In this document: in pieces, positions 21,039-32,304 of the stretch
Position numbering within the stretch: position 1 is the stretch's first letter
Layout of the letters: each line of letters starts with the position of its first letter
Translations under genes and position numbers: made by a program
From: Microcoleus sp.
GTDB lineage: Bacteria > Cyanobacteriota > Cyanobacteriia > Cyanobacteriales > Microcoleaceae
Assembly (NCBI GenBank): GCA_042408215.1
Contig: JAYFMW010000006.1
Location: 544,001 to 608,000, forward strand
DNA: 64,000 nt
Direction of reading: 5' to 3'
The notes under the pieces: generated by a model
Seen by the model: only the letters and a program-made list of their open reading frames with translations
Told to the model about the DNA's origin: nothing
Database searches by the model: none

Positions 21039-22826
21039 TTAAAATGTTACCCGATCGCGCCATCTCTCTAAAAGCTTGTCCCCAATGCCCTGAACCCGCG
21101 CCACGTCGTCCAAAGAGGTGAAAGGTTGCTGTTTCCTCGCTGCCATAATTCTCTCGGCTAACTTCGGCCCTACTCCTGGCAAAGTCTCTAATTCTGCCTG
21201 ACTCGCTGTATTCAAATTAACTAACTTTTTCCCAGCCACAATTTGAGGTTTTGCTGCCTGGTTTTCCCCCGCAACTGTTGCAGGTTTTGATGCTGCTTGT
21301 AATGATTCGCACTCTTTTTTCTGAGCATCAATTCTCTGTTTTATTCTGGGAGGAATGCCCAAAATTGCACCTTTGTAAAGCCGATCGAACACCCGCTCAA
21401 AATGGGCCGCAACTGTAGGGCTTTCGTTAGCGGATTCCTCGTAGAGGATCGCCAGCAGCGTCTCATCATTCCCGTGATTGGCAGCTTCGCTCCAGTTGTG
21501 AGAGCCTGTAATCACCGTCTTTCCGTCCACAACTGCGAATTTGTGGTGCAGGCGATCGCCCTTTGGTAACATCGGCACTCCCACCGTAGCGATCGGCCTT
21601 TTCCAAGGACGATTATCAGCTTCCAACTGGCAATTATCACTCAAAGTCACCCCCATCATATCCAATCCTTCACTGTAAGAGCGATAAATAAAATTAGAGT
21701 CAATTAAAGCTCGCACCGCAACTCCTCGGCTAGACTCAATTTCTAGAGTATTTGCTAACCGCTGATCCGAAAATACAAACAATGCTAAATCAACGGACTT
21801 TTTCGCATTACCCAAAGTTTTGTTAATCAAACCATTAACGCTTTTTTCCCAAGGTAAACTCTTGGAAGTCGGCGAAAATTGCACCGCCACAGTTGCATTA
21901 CCTACTCTGACTTTTTGCACTGGACGAAATGGCTTTTTAATGCCAAACTTGCTGTCTAGTTTGCCTCCGGGCCCGTCGCCCCACATGATGTTAAATTCTT
22001 GAGTAAATAGTTGTGCTAATTGACCATTCTCAATTTTTAGCAACTTGTTAGCATTGCCGCGACTTGCTGCGGTTTTGAAATCGCCGTGGACATCGCTTGT
22101 TGTAAAATTAGCTGAAGTTACAATTACTGTTTTATTATCAATTACTACAAATTTGTGGTGCATCAAACCGCTGCCTTTACTGCCGTCAGCAGTATCATCT
22201 ATTACCGGAATGCCTGCATTTTTGACAATTACCAAAGCATCGCCTTCTTTGATTTCCTCTGCACTCAATTTGCCGTCTTTATTTGTATCGGCAAGTTGGA
22301 CAAATTCGTGGTAGCGATCGCGCTCCCTGTCTGTTAATTTCGCCAACTCTTGCGCCGAAAAATCGCTCCAAGGGCGACTATACATATGTTCTACGATCAA
22401 TCTCACTTTGATCCCCGATCGCTGGCGATCGGCCAAAACTCGCGCAATACCGGGCAAGCGCAACTCCTGCACCGCTACATCTACCGTCGATTTAGCATCG
22501 GCGATCGCCTCCGCGATCAACTGTTCTAAATCATCTCCAGGTCTAGTTTGCAGGCGATAAGGCTCTGTATAACTCGAAGTGAGCGACTGGTTAAAGTATA
22601 CTTGCAACAAAGGGTCTTGAGGCAGCGGAGTCAAGCTCGGAGGCAAATTTTGGACATCTCCATTCTGTTTGCCACAAGCGACAAGGCACACTGCCAGCAG
22701 CGCAGCATAGCACAAACGCAGTAAAGTAAGATAAAGCACAGCCACAGAAATTGAAAGATTTTTGAGGTTGTTAGTCTCCCCACAGTTCAAACCTATTGGA
22801 TAATTTGATACTGTCCATGCCGTCAT
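21039..22826 (-). CDS. phospholipase D-family nuclease with C-terminal ComEA helix-hairpin-helix (competence ComA-like); start uncertain
   Basis: two HKD motifs (HHKFVVID, HHKFAVVD); VNLNTASQAELETLPGVGPKLA. Confidence 0.85.
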   Translation of the reverse strand: MTAWTVSNYPIGLNCGETNNLKNLSISVAVLYLTLLRLCYAALLAVCLVACGKQNGDVQNLPPSLTPLPQDPLLQVYFNQSLTSSYTEPYRLQTRPGDDLEQLIAEAIADAKSTVDVAVQELRLPGIARVLADRQRSGIKVRLIVEHMYSRPWSDFSAQELAKLTDRERDRYHEFVQLADTNKDGKLSAEEIKEGDALVIVKNAGIPVIDDTADGSKGSGLMHHKFVVIDNKTVIVTSANFTTSDVHGDFKTAASRGNANKLLKIENGQLAQLFTQEFNIMWGDGPGGKLDSKFGIKKPFRPVQKVRVGNATVAVQFSPTSKSLPWEKSVNGLINKTLGNAKKSVDLALFVFSDQRLANTLEIESSRGVAVRALIDSNFIYRSYSEGLDMMGVTLSDNCQLEADNRPWKRPIATVGVPMLPKGDRLHHKFAVVDGKTVITGSHNWSEAANHGNDETLLAILYEESANESPTVAAHFERVFDRLYKGAILGIPPRIKQRIDAQKKECESLQAASKPATVAGENQAAKPQIVAGKKLVNLNTASQAELETLPGVGPKLAERIMAARKQQPFTSLDDVARVQGIGDKLLERWRDRVTF

Positions 22827-22976
22827 GGGAGGGGGCTTCTTGATTCAAAGTGAGAACCTATTAAAATTATATAAGGGGATAGATTTTGCGTCTTGTAAGA
22901 CTGCCTCGATGCCGGGAGCATCACTGGTAGGGTAGCAGCATTCAGGGGCGTGGGTCAGACCCGATACCGCTGCTTT

Positions 22977-23378
22977 ATGGCTAAAAGAAAAAGAATTTTT
23001 CCGTGCGGTCACAAAGGATATGGTAAAGCGTGCCATCGCTGCACGCAAGAGTTTGTGGCGAATCAGCATTACGTTCAAGTCTTGACGGAAAAACAAACCA
23101 AAAAACAGGAGAGGGAAGCATCATTTGCCAGAGATATCATCGATCTCAGAGGTCTGCCAGATCATGTAGTTACTAAAGCCCGCACTATTATAGCAGCTTT
23201 GGGCGAAAATAAGAATTACAGAGAATTTGGCGGAAAACGCCTACGTCACAATCGTTTGATCGTAAGTATTCCTGTAACGCGCAACTACAGAATGCTGTGC
23301 GAAGATTGCGGCACTTTCTTAAATCCTCAAAAAGTTTTGTCGCACGAAGACTACAACGTCTGCAAACCTGGAAGTTAG
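22977..23378 (+). CDS. hypothetical protein: N-terminal Cys/His finger plus ParE/RelE-like C-terminus
   Basis: CGH...CHRC; GGKRLRHNRLIVSIPVTRNYRML. Confidence 0.5.
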   Translation: MAKRKRIFPCGHKGYGKACHRCTQEFVANQHYVQVLTEKQTKKQEREASFARDIIDLRGLPDHVVTKARTIIAALGENKNYREFGGKRLRHNRLIVSIPVTRNYRMLCEDCGTFLNPQKVLSHEDYNVCKPGS

Positions 23379-23727
23379 TCATTAGTCATCTAGTCATCAG
23401 TCATTAGTCATCAGTCATTAGTCATCAGTCATTAGTCATCAGTCATTAGTCATCAGTCATCAGTCATTAGTCATCAGTCATTAGTCATCAGTCATCAGTC
23501 ATTAGTCATCAGTCATTAGTCATTAGTCATCAGTCATCAGTCATCAGTCATCAGTCATCAGTCATCAGTCATTAGTCATCAGTCATCAGTCATCAGTCAT
23601 TAGTCATTAGTCATCAGTCATCAGTCATTAGTCATCAGTCATTAGTCATCAGTCATCAGTCATCAGTCATTAGTCATTAGTCATCAGTCATCAGTCATCA
23701 GTCATCAGTCATCAGTCAACAGTCATT
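23375..23727. repeat. heptamer tandem array (T/C)AGTCAT, about 50 copies (STRR-type)
   Basis: directly visible. Confidence 0.97.
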
Positions 23728-23748
23728 GATTATTAGTTATTTAAAGCC

Positions 23749-24921
23749 ATGCAAATTTATCTCGACTATAGCGCCACGACTCCTGCACGCCCAGAAGCAA
23801 TTGATGCTATGCAAAAAGCTCTCACTCAACATTGGGGAAATCCTTCGAGTTTGCACGAGTGGGGACAAAGAGCTGCCACAGCTTTAGAATTAGCAAGAAT
23901 GCAGGTTGCTGGCCTGATTAATGCCCTACCGGAATCAATGATTTTTACTTCCGGCGGTACTGAAGCTGACAACTTGGCAATCATGGGAATTGCTCGTCTT
24001 TATGTTACACCACAGCATATAATTATCTCTAGCGTAGAGCATTCCGCAGTATCAGAAACCGCGCGACAACTTGAACAGTGGGGATGGGAAGTGACGCGCC
24101 TACCGGTGGATAAATTTGGGCGAGTTCACCCTTGGGATTTGCAGCAGTCACTGCGATCGAATACAGTGTTAATTTCGATCATTTACGGACAAAGCGAAGT
24201 TGGCACGCTGCAACCAATTGAAGCATTGGGAAAGATGGCGCGCGATCGCCATATCCTGTTTCATACCGATGCTGTTCAAGTTGCCGGTAGACTACCGATA
24301 GACGTGCAGAAACTGCCCGTAGACTTGCTTTCTCTTTCCAGCCACAAGCTGTACGGGCCCCAAGGTGCGGGGGCGCTTTACGTGCGTCCTGGCGTAGAAT
24401 TAGTGCCAATCTTAGCCGGTGGTGGTCAAGAGTTGAAACTGCGTTCTGGGACGCAAGCAGTACCCGCAATTGTCGGTTTTGGGGAGGCGGCGGAATTGGC
24501 ATCGCAGGAAATAAATGTGGAAATGCCGAGGTTGATTGAATTGCGCGATCGACTTTTCGATCGATTAGCCCACGTACCCAGTTTAGTCCCAACGGGCGAT
24601 CGATATCGCAGACTCCCACACCATGTCAGTTTTTGTATTGTTTCTCCCGAGGGCGACACAGGGAGAGTGACTGGCAAAACTTTAGTCAGACAGCTCAATT
24701 TAGCGGGAATTGGGATTAGTTCCGGTGCGGCTTGCAGCAGTGGCAAACTGACTCCGAGTCCGATATTATTGGCAATGGGATATAGCGAAACTGCGGCTGT
24801 TGGTGGCATTCGCTTGACTCTGGGACGGGAAACAACCGAAGCTGATATTGATTGGACTGCAAGTGCGATCGAGCAAATTTTGGAAAGGTTAATGCCGAAG
24901 GTAGCATTATCTAGACGTTAG
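23749..24921 (+). CDS. cysteine desulfurase (NifS/IscS family)
   Basis: IYLDYSATTP, HTDAVQ, SSHKLYGPQG and SSGAACSS motifs. Confidence 0.93.
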   Translation: MQIYLDYSATTPARPEAIDAMQKALTQHWGNPSSLHEWGQRAATALELARMQVAGLINALPESMIFTSGGTEADNLAIMGIARLYVTPQHIIISSVEHSAVSETARQLEQWGWEVTRLPVDKFGRVHPWDLQQSLRSNTVLISIIYGQSEVGTLQPIEALGKMARDRHILFHTDAVQVAGRLPIDVQKLPVDLLSLSSHKLYGPQGAGALYVRPGVELVPILAGGGQELKLRSGTQAVPAIVGFGEAAELASQEINVEMPRLIELRDRLFDRLAHVPSLVPTGDRYRRLPHHVSFCIVSPEGDTGRVTGKTLVRQLNLAGIGISSGAACSSGKLTPSPILLAMGYSETAAVGGIRLTLGRETTEADIDWTASAIEQILERLMPKVALSRR

Positions 24922-24946
24922 GAGGAAATCTGCGGTTTAAAACCAA

Positions 24947-25424
24947 AGAAACCGGGTTTTTGACCGAATCTGCGGGCTGTAATGAAGTATCTCGCAAAAA
25001 CCCGGTTTCTGGCCACCCGTACACCCAAAAAACCGGGTTTTTTCCCATCTATAAGCCTGTCACCAAATATTCTCGCAAAAACCCGGTTTCTGGCTACCCG
25101 TACACCCAAAAAACCGGGTTTTTTCCCATCTATAAGCCTGTCACCAAATATTCTCGCAAAAACCCGGTTTCTGGCTACCCGTACACCCAAAAAACCGGGT
25201 TTTTTCCCATCTATAAGCCTGTCACCAAATATTCTCGCAAAAACCCGGTTTCTGGCTACCCGTGCACCAAAGAAACCGGGTTTTTTCCAGAATCTGCGGG
25301 CTGTCACCAAATATTCTCGCAAAAACCCGGTTTCTGGCTACCCGTGCACCAAAGAAACCGGGTTTTTTCCAGAATCTGCGGGCTGTCACCAAATATTCTC
25401 GCAAAAACCCGGTTTCTGGCTACC
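24947..25424. repeat. 81-82 bp tandem repeat, about 6 units, each with inverted AAACCGGGTTTT/AAAACCCGGTTT arms
   Basis: CTCGCAAAAACCCGG recurs at 24991, 25072, 25153, 25234, 25316 and 25398. Confidence 0.92.
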
Positions 25425-25468
25425 CCCAATTATGCTAAAATAAATCTCGGTGTTATTCACAACTTCCC

Positions 25469-26143
25469 ATGATAGATGAAAACCGCGCTCAAGCTTATCT
25501 ACAATTGATTTACACCCTGCTGAATTTCCCCAACGGTGAGGACTCCCAGATTTTAATGGATAACTTAGAATTGCTGGATCTGCGGTTTCTGCAAGCTTGC
25601 GAGATAATAGCGGCAACTTTGGAAGAGGACGGAGAGCAGAATCAGGCTAATTATTTACGAAATATTGCCAGTCATCTAGGGCAATTTGTAGGGAGGAATG
25701 ATGAGGGAAATCGCGATAATTCTGAGGGTGAAAATCCCCAATAGTATGCAAAGTTTATCCTTAAATTATTGCAAGCAGAAGCAAAAAGCAAGAGCGATAT
25801 TGCCGTAATTTATCCCATGCTGGCTCAACGGCAACATCTCCTCAATGCCCGTTTTGCCGATATTTTACAGCAAGTGGCAGAGAATTTAATTGCTGACGAA
25901 TATCCAGAAGCAATTGAGTCAATTGTCGCCATTCTTGGAAATTTGAGTATTCATATTAGTGACTTTCCGCGTGGGAAGAGAGCGAATAATATTGAAATTG
26001 CCATTACTGGTTATCAAATAGTTTTAAGTAATCGACAACCGGGGAGCGAAAAGTTTGATCGAACTCAATATAACCTAGCTAATGCTTACTCTGACAGAAT
26101 CAAGGACTCGCGGGCGGATCATCTGGAAAGGGCGATCGGCTGA
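25469..26143 (+). pseudogene. truncated TPR protein N-terminus with an in-frame TAG at 25742-25744
   Basis: two same-frame ORFs; RANNIEIAITGYQIVL and TQYNLANAYSDRI TPR motifs; stops after about one repeat. Confidence 0.75.
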
Positions 26144-26417
26144 TAATCTCATTGAATCTAATCTGATATCATGTCTGGTAGCTTCGTGTATGGGCGGGGC
26201 GGGTTTAGGAGATTATTGGTATTAGGCAATTATTGTTTGTCCAACCCGCCCCTACAGAACTTGTTAGTAGAAACTATCATTAGTAGCAGCGACTATAGCC
26301 CAATCTCAACAATAAAAAGCCGAACAAAATTAATCAAAATACAGTTTTGTTTTTCAATCTTTCGTCCGCGGCTCGACTCAGCGCTCGTCGAACATCCTAG
26401 GCTGACTAAGATCTGAT

Positions 26418-27410
26418 TCAGAAGTGTTGAAATCCTCGATCGAGCTTTAATACAATATCAGGATAAATACCGCTGCTATCAGTTAACCAGATATCCGTGC
26501 TCTCCGTAGCGATTCCGACAATCGCTGCTCCCTTCCCTATTTTTTCTACTAATAACTCAGCATTCGCCATCGGCAAAAACAGCACTAACTCGAAGTCTTC
26601 CCCGCCGTATAATGCCCAATCTAAAGCTTTTTCAGTTGATACTATTTCGCTCAGAATATTAGGAATTGGTATTTTCTGGCGATCGACTTTTGCGCCAACA
26701 CCGCTAGAATCACAAATTTGAATAATCGCATCCGCTAAACCGTCGCTACTGTCCATTCCAGCGATTAAAACACCTTCGGAATCTAATATTTCCCAAACAA
26801 CCGGCAAAACATCCAGCCTCGGTTTAGGGCGCTGGTGAGCGAGACTTAAACAAGTTCGATCGCCCTTTTCCAGATTTTGCCCAAATTCGGGATTTAACAG
26901 CAATTCTAATCCAGCGCGAGAAGCCCCGTGAACACCCGTAGCCACAATCGCCCAGCCCGATCGCCCATTTGACCGACTAATGGTACGATCGCACTCAACC
27001 TCCCCAAAAGCCGTAATCGCCACAGTCACAACGGGCGATCGCACAACATCCCCCCCGACGATCGGCGTATGATACTCTTGCAAACAAGCCGTCATCCCCC
27101 GATAAAACTCTTCCACCCAAAGCACAGCCGTATCCGCCCTCACAGCCAGGGCTACTGTCACCCCCAGAGGCCTTGCTCCCATCGCAGCCAGATCCGACAA
27201 ATTCGCCGCTGCGGCGCGCCATCCTGCATCATAAGGGCTTGTAGTGCGATCGCTAAAATGCACTCCATCCACCAACATATCCGTTGTCACAGCCAGAGAT
27301 TGGTTGGGATTTGTAGCCATGACAGCGCAATCGTCTCCCACTATCTCTGCGGGGCAGAATTTTTGCAAGATTGTTAAAAGACCTTGTTCTCCGATATCTT
27401 TAATTAGCAT
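26418..27410 (-). CDS. thiL: thiamine-monophosphate kinase
   Basis: GDDCAV, NLSDLAAMG, MDSSDGL and GGEDFEL motifs. Confidence 0.96.
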   Translation of the reverse strand: MLIKDIGEQGLLTILQKFCPAEIVGDDCAVMATNPNQSLAVTTDMLVDGVHFSDRTTSPYDAGWRAAAANLSDLAAMGARPLGVTVALAVRADTAVLWVEEFYRGMTACLQEYHTPIVGGDVVRSPVVTVAITAFGEVECDRTISRSNGRSGWAIVATGVHGASRAGLELLLNPEFGQNLEKGDRTCLSLAHQRPKPRLDVLPVVWEILDSEGVLIAGMDSSDGLADAIIQICDSSGVGAKVDRQKIPIPNILSEIVSTEKALDWALYGGEDFELVLFLPMANAELLVEKIGKGAAIVGIATESTDIWLTDSSGIYPDIVLKLDRGFQHF

Positions 27411-27643
27411 AATTTAGAATTAATTGCAAGAGATAGTTTTTGATTAATTTGATAATATTCTATTTGATTTTATGTACTATCGTTGACGATTTTTTCGGAA
27501 TGATTTAACCACAGAGGGCGCAGAGAGCGCAGAGTCAGAGAAAAGAGAGAGATGAATAATTTCGATACCAAATAAATAGAATACAAGATACCCGACTTCT
27601 TTAAGAAATCGGGTATCTAACATAATTTCTTAGTCCCCCTCTG

Positions 27644-29305
27644 CTAGGATTTTGTTTGACAAGAAGCGATTTCAATCGCCGAATCATCTTCTAATTTCCG
27701 TTTCCGCTTGAACACCAGCCCAGCAAAAAAAGCAGCAGCAGTTACGATTCCCGCAATTTCCGAAGGCTCAGGAACAGCTTCAGCCCGCATCTTAAAAGAA
27801 AATTTATCCCGATTCGATTCTAATTTAATCGGGAATGCTAGAGGGTTTTTCGGGTCAATTACTGCGTCGATACCAGTGACGCTAAACTCCGACACACCGT
27901 AACCGAGTAAAGCCACAAAATCTACTACTTCATTCGGCTTGAATTTGCCGATTTCTTTGCCGCCAACTAAGACAGAAAAAAGTTCGTCCGCATCAATACC
28001 GCTCGGTAAACCGAGGATTTTGGTAAATAGCGATGGTTCGTTTGGCTGGGGATTAACGGCGATCGGGCTTTTGTCAACAATACACCCATCACCAGTCCCG
28101 CCGCTGTACCGCCACCACTCAGAAGCCGCAGCATCGCCTATTTTGAAGGTAAAACCAGCAGCCGCGGGCGGATCGAACCAGTGACTACTTGCTACATTAT
28201 TAAAACTATGCCAACCATCCTCAAAATTATCGGGTAACAAGGGATTTCGCTGAGAACTACCGCACATCGGATTCAGCATAAAACCATGCTGTTTTCCCGT
28301 CGCACTGTTAATGCCTACGCCCACCATTTGTCCGCGATCGTTAATGCCGGTTACTTGCTGTAAAAACCAGCCAGAGTCCGCAGCAATCAGGCTATTGACA
28401 TCAGCCATCTGGCCATCTTCCCAGATGAAACCATGATTAAGCCCACCATTCCCAGTCGTGGTATCAAAACCTACTACTTGCCCTTTATTGTTAATCGCAA
28501 CCGCAGCGCTTTGATTGCCGCCGAGTGTGCCGAGGTTTGTGATTTCACCGTTTGACCACAAGGTAGCATGACTTTGCTTAATCAGAGTATTTGCAGAATA
28601 GCCCACCGCCTGCCCAGAATCATTGATATCATAAGCTGTGCTGCCGTTATAACCCTGGAAGAGTTCCCAAGTCAATCATCTTGCCATTTTCCCACTGGAA
28701 AGCATGAGTTATGCCGACAGCCAAGCCAGAATAGCCAACTACTTGCCCTTGGTTGTTGATACCCTGAGCTGCTGCTGCATCGATAACCAAGAGTACCGAG
28801 ATTGATCATCTCGCCGTCTTTGCCACAGAAAGGGAAACCATTTCTCTTGGGAAATCACAAACCTACCAACTATTTGCCCAGATTCATTGATGTCACTAGC
28901 CAGACTGCTGATACCACCAAAATAACCGAGGTCAGTCCTTTTACCGTTTTCCCACAGGTAGGCATTATCCGTCCAATTTTCACTCAGATAACGACCCACA
29001 ACTTGACCAGAGCTATTGATTTGGTAAGCCCAAGTGCTATCTTTGACTTCAGTCTTCTGACCGTTTTCCCATATCCAACCAACACCACCCTCACCAAGCA
29101 TCACTTGTCCGAGATTGTTCATACCATAGGTATGAGTTTGGCCGAGGTCGGTAATTGCATAGGAAGCGAAACCTGTATGGAGACTGGCGGCGTTGACAGG
29201 TTCAATAACGATAAATCCCAATACCGCGCTCGCAGTCAGCGACATACAGCTTTGAACAAACCCTTTCAGGGGATGTTGTTCAAGCGTTTTTTTTATTTTT
29301 TTCAT
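27644..29305 (-). CDS. HAF-repeat extracellular protein with a PEP-CTERM sorting signal; three apparent +1 frameshifts at about 28655-28820
   Basis: AYDINDSGQAVG/LGTLGG repeats; VPEPS + transmembrane helix + KRKRK; repeat pattern continues across frames. Confidence 0.8.
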
Positions 29306-29584
29306 GTGCACCTCAGATTTTGTCATCGGGTGTGGCCTCTTTGCAGAGTAGAGAAGAAGTTCTCTATATCTCTATCTCAGGGGCGATCGAGATTTTATGC
29401 ACAGATACAGGATTTGTTACAAAAATTTACATTCTGAGTCAGTAGTTATTGGTTATTGGTTATTGGTTATTGGTTATTTGTGGTACCTTGAGCGGAGTCG
29501 AAGGGTTATTTGTTGTTTGTTGTTTTAATAACCAATTATCCATGCCCCATGCCCCATGCCCTATGCCCCATGCCCCATGCCCCA

Positions 29585-29917
29585 TTACCATTCCTTACTC
29601 GAACTCGGCGGCAAGCGCAACCTCGGAAATCTGTAAAAAGTATCTCCTTCATCATCTACCTCTAAAACCGCCGAAAAAATCTTAACTTGTCTGTCTAAAT
29701 ACTGCTGAGCAACTTGAGCCTCCACCCTAGCGCTAGCCGCCAGTTGAATCAGCGAAATTTGACTATTTTGATTTTCCAATAACTGATAAAAAGCCTCATC
29801 TAACTGTCGTTTTTGCTTGCCTTCATTCACATTATTAACAATCAACAAACCGACAAATCCACCCAAACCAATTACCAATAAAAATTCTAAAATTGCCATA
29901 TTCTTGATATAATTCAT
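29585..29917 (-). CDS. hypothetical membrane-anchored protein
   Basis: N-terminal transmembrane helix; 110 aa ORF. Confidence 0.6.
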   Translation of the reverse strand: MNYIKNMAILEFLLVIGLGGFVGLLIVNNVNEGKQKRQLDEAFYQLLENQNSQISLIQLAASARVEAQVAQQYLDRQVKIFSAVLEVDDEGDTFYRFPRLRLPPSSSKEW

Positions 29918-30159
29918 GAGTTAAATAACGCAGCTATAAAAATCCTCTATTCTTCTAAGTAAGTCAACCTAATTCAACGTAAAACCCTTTTCTGTTGGCT
30001 CCCCGACTTCTTAAAGAAGTCGGGGAGCTGGGTATTATGTTTTTTTATGTGGGCTTACTTAGCCCGCGTCGGCGGGCTTTGTTTGACAAGAAGCGATTTC
30101 AATCGCCGTCACTTTTGACAAGAAGCGATTTCAATCGCCCAGAATTGGGGAATTCTTTA

Positions 30160-31287
30160 CTAAGCCGCTTGAGGTCGAACCAAATTTTCCATCCCTTTAA
30201 TTACCTTAGCAGATACAATCTTGTCTCCCTGCTTCAGTTGATCCAAAACCTCTTTTCCCTCAATCATGTAACCAAAAACAGCATAGCGACCGTCCAACAG
30301 ATTCAGACCAGCGGGCGTCAGTTCAGGCTCAAACAAGAAAAAGAAAAACTGAGAAGAACCGCTATCAGGTTCAGCTTCAGCACGGGCCATCGCCACAGTA
30401 CCAAAAGCAGAAAAAGGCAAAACTGGCTCGTCGCGATAACGCCCCGCATCTTCTAGAGTAATCCCGTAGACAGGTTCCTTGTCGTCCCTGACGAGCACTT
30501 CCAGCGGAATATTCCGGTATTTGCCCGTAGCAGGGTCAATAAAACCTACTTCTTTGCCTTCGGGGTCTCCTGTTTGTAGTACGTAGGATTCCTCCGATCG
30601 AATAAACGGCAAACCGTCATAAAATCCTCGATCGACCAAATCCACAAAATTACCAGCCGTAACCGGCGCGCTGTAGCCATCCACCACAACCGTAATTTGC
30701 CCCTTCTCTGTTTCCACAGCCACAGTAGCGCGACCTTTCAGTTGAGGCAGATTAGCATACTTGGCAGGCACTTCAAAGGGAAATTTTGTCACCATCAACT
30801 CTTGGAGTTCGCCCACCGAACCGAGTATTTCGGCTTTCAAATCAATCACTTTTTCCCTGTCTTTAGTCTCAACAGCCTGGGAAAGTTGGGAAACTCCTTC
30901 TTTGACTCGTGCCACTAGAGTTTCAGCTTCGGGCTTTTTCCCGTCGGGAATACTCTCTAAAATGTCAGACTTCCGAAGATTCAGAACCCTCGAAGCCTTG
31001 CTGACATCGCTACTAATCGGCCCCCAGCGTTTAGAGCGTATATGGTTACCAATGTCTTCGAGATTGATTTGCAACTCTCGTATAGCCTTATTGTCAATAG
31101 GTAGAGCGTAGCGCAGCAGCGCCCGACCGTCCGTAATCGCATTACCCGCAGGCATACTGCTGCTGGGGCGTTTGGCATGGGATACCGAACTGAAACTCAG
31201 GGAAACAGTGAATAGCAGGAGTGCTAAGACGGCGGTTTTGACCCAGCGCTTGCACCTATCGATCGAGAAATTAGACCAATGCAGCAT
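30160..31287 (-). CDS. cyclophilin-type peptidyl-prolyl isomerase (thylakoid lumen TLP40/CYP38-like)
   Basis: ALLRYALPID, APVTAGNFVDLV, SGSSQFFF and LDGRYAVFGY motifs. Confidence 0.9.
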   Translation of the reverse strand: MLHWSNFSIDRCKRWVKTAVLALLLFTVSLSFSSVSHAKRPSSSMPAGNAITDGRALLRYALPIDNKAIRELQINLEDIGNHIRSKRWGPISSDVSKASRVLNLRKSDILESIPDGKKPEAETLVARVKEGVSQLSQAVETKDREKVIDLKAEILGSVGELQELMVTKFPFEVPAKYANLPQLKGRATVAVETEKGQITVVVDGYSAPVTAGNFVDLVDRGFYDGLPFIRSEESYVLQTGDPEGKEVGFIDPATGKYRNIPLEVLVRDDKEPVYGITLEDAGRYRDEPVLPFSAFGTVAMARAEAEPDSGSSQFFFFLFEPELTPAGLNLLDGRYAVFGYMIEGKEVLDQLKQGDKIVSAKVIKGMENLVRPQAA

Positions 31288-31555
31288 AAGTTTAAGTTTT
31301 ATTACCTTTATTATCTTCCCACAGTGCTGTCCGCCCTCTAAGCTGAAGTCTCTGTTCCTTCGCCCGTCGGCCTAGGGCATGGGCATGGGGCTATGTTTCT
31401 TCCTTCTTCCTTCTCAGATCAGTAAAGCACTTGCTCCCTTTCAACGGTAAAATAAAATGCAAATTGTTTTTTGATGCCGTCAGCTAGACTGCGGTTTGAA
31501 GCTGACATTAGTTCCCCCGTGCCACTTGGCGACGGGATTGCCTGCAAAAATTTTT

Positions 31556-32113
31556 ATGATTTCCAGTAACGACTTTCGATCAGGTGTTTCCATTGAATGG
31601 AATGGCGGCGTGTGGCGGGTGATTGAATTCCTCCACGTCAAGCCAGGAAAAGGCTCGGCTTTTGTGCGGACAAAACTTAAAAATGTCCAAACCGGAAACG
31701 TAGTAGAGAACACCTTCCGGGCTGGCGAGACTATGCCTCAAGCCAATCTGGAAAAGAGCGCTATGCAGCATACCTATAAAGATGGCGACCAGTTCGTGTT
31801 TATGGATATGGAAACTTACGAGGAAAGTACCCTCACTGCTAAGCAAATAGGCGATCGCGTCAAATACCTCACCGAAGGCATGGAAGTCAATATCCTCCGC
31901 TGGAACAACCAAATTCTCGAAGTGGAACTGCCCAACTCGGTTGTCTTGGAAGTGACACAAACCGATCCCGGAGTTAAAGGAGATACTGCCACCGGCGGCA
32001 GCAAACCCGCCATCCTCTCCACCGGAGCTCAGATCATGGTACCTCTGTTTATTTCGATCGGAGAACGGATTCGGATCGATACTCGCGAAGACAAGTACCT
32101 CGGCCGAGAATAA
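31556..32113 (+). CDS. efp: elongation factor P
   Basis: [14 protein letters not shown] and PGVKGDTA motifs. Confidence 0.97.
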   Translation: MISSNDFRSGVSIEWNGGVWRVIEFLHVKPGKGSAFVRTKLKNVQTGNVVENTFRAGETMPQANLEKSAMQHTYKDGDQFVFMDMETYEESTLTAKQIGDRVKYLTEGMEVNILRWNNQILEVELPNSVVLEVTQTDPGVKGDTATGGSKPAILSTGAQIMVPLFISIGERIRIDTREDKYLGRE

Positions 32114-32304
32114 ACACTCAAAGGCAGGAGTTATGAGTTGTGAGCTATGGGTTTTGAGTTCTGAATGCACTCAAAACTCACCACTCAAAACTTAAAATTA
32201 TCTGTTTCTTTGTCTCCAGTCCGGGCGTCAAGTACCCCGCCTGAAAGTCCAATTCCCAATTTTCAATTCTCAATTTTCAATTCTCAATTACCCTTGAATC
32301 TGCT

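Noticed and set aside
24947..25424. possible CRISPR array
   Set aside because: The 'spacers' are identical to one another (two variants), and there are no cas genes; it is a tandem palindromic repeat.
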